A stretch of 64,000 nt of DNA from NCBI GenBank assembly GCA_977030845.1, contig OZ365110.1, forward strand, positions 29,078,001 to 29,142,000, read 5' to 3'. The DNA comes from Fimbriosthenelais zetlandica (taxonomy: Eukaryota). Each line of letters opens with the position of its first letter. Within the stretch, counting starts at the first letter, position 1. The position numbers and the translations under genes were made by a program. Shown piece after piece: positions 63,001-64,000 of the stretch. The notes under the pieces were generated by a model. It was given only the letters and a program-made list of their open reading frames with translations. It was not told the DNA's origin and did not search any database.

Positions 63001-64000
63001 CTTTTCAAAGTCACTCCAGTACTGCACCAATAACTGCGCAATTACAAAGGATTTAAAGCATAACGAATTACTGCATGTACTATAGAATCATAATTAATTG
63101 GGATAATTTTTATTAAAAACTTCATCGCTGGTAATTGCTATAGATAATAGTGATGTGAATATGACATTATTTGATTCTCGAGTCACAAAATGCAAAAGAC
63201 GAGTGAAAAATGAGAACAAAGCCCCAAGAGAATGCAAGGAACATGCCTTATTCAGAAGCTTTCTATTATAGACATTGCTTTGTCTTTTTTCTGTAAGGAA
63301 TGTACACAGTGAATGTATACAATGGCTCCTTTACAATTACTTCTATCAATTAGGTCAAGGCATTTATCCTGTATGGACTCTTATACGAGAAGCCAGCATA
63401 GAAACTGTTAAAGAAAAGTGCGACTTCACTATCATTCTTTCAAATCATCTACATTATGCCTATTCAGAATTTTCCCCTGATGAAGAATCAGCCATGGCCA
63501 ACAATGAGCGCATTTCTGAGACTTTCCCATTATGCATTTATTTCTGCTTCATTGATCTTTAGCAGCATAATATCTACTATGTTTCACTAAGAGCCTCGCA
63601 TGGTAGAGTACCTCCATCATATATGCTATATAGGAAGAACCTCTGTGATTATATCACATTATGTTCAAATAATCACCCAAGCATGGCCCTAATATGCAAG
63701 AACAATGCCTGGCCAGTCTTATAGTTAATATGTACCTGTCTATACACAGGTATCAGAATATATATTCACTCGCAGTGATCAATACCAGCTTCAATCTCCA
63801 CCACAGCTCATGCTGGCTTCATCAGACGATAGGAAACAGGATAACACCATCAATTCTAGCGCTAGGAAGCTGACAAAAATCAAGCAGAGCACAGCTCAAA
63901 TTACACCAGGCAGTTTCTTGTTTCATTAGAACCTCCCGTACTCCGAGGAAGGCCAATTATATATTGTATCAGACAGCGTGTTTTTACGCTGTCAAAGTAA

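Noticed and set aside
1-64000. tRNA, rRNA, CRISPR arrays or prokaryotic operons
   Set aside because: None seen; the sequence is spliced eukaryotic DNA and most track ORFs are chance or low-complexity frames.

Overview
Animal genomic DNA, AT-rich and intron-rich with GT-AG splicing. A lophotrochozoan, probably annelid, origin is inferred from the gene family and is not certain. The main content is a 5'-incomplete + strand gene. Six exons splice in one frame (7311-7595, 13235-13615, 15518-15670, 16438-16491, 18999-19080, 19927-20440), giving about 488 aa. The product is a type I membrane protein: SUEL/Gal-lectin domain, CUB domain, short sushi-like domain, stalk, one transmembrane helix, and a Tyr/Pro-motif cytoplasmic tail. 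The most interesting observation is two further candidate C-termini inside its introns. A cryptic exon at 14831 could act as a 21-nt microexon or as a terminal exon giving a secreted form. In-frame read-through of the sushi exon donor ends in a GPI-signal-like hydrophobic tail at 15852. One locus could therefore make secreted, GPI-anchored and signalling isoforms; none of this is confirmed without transcript data. About 39 kb without recognisable coding exons follows, containing decayed LINE-like remnants, a hAT-like terminus, tandem repeats and two promoter-like motif clusters. A probable signal-peptide exon of a second gene lies at 59959-60031, preceded by an in-frame upstream ATG and a uORF whose stop overlaps the start codon. 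All calls were made by eye, without database searches.
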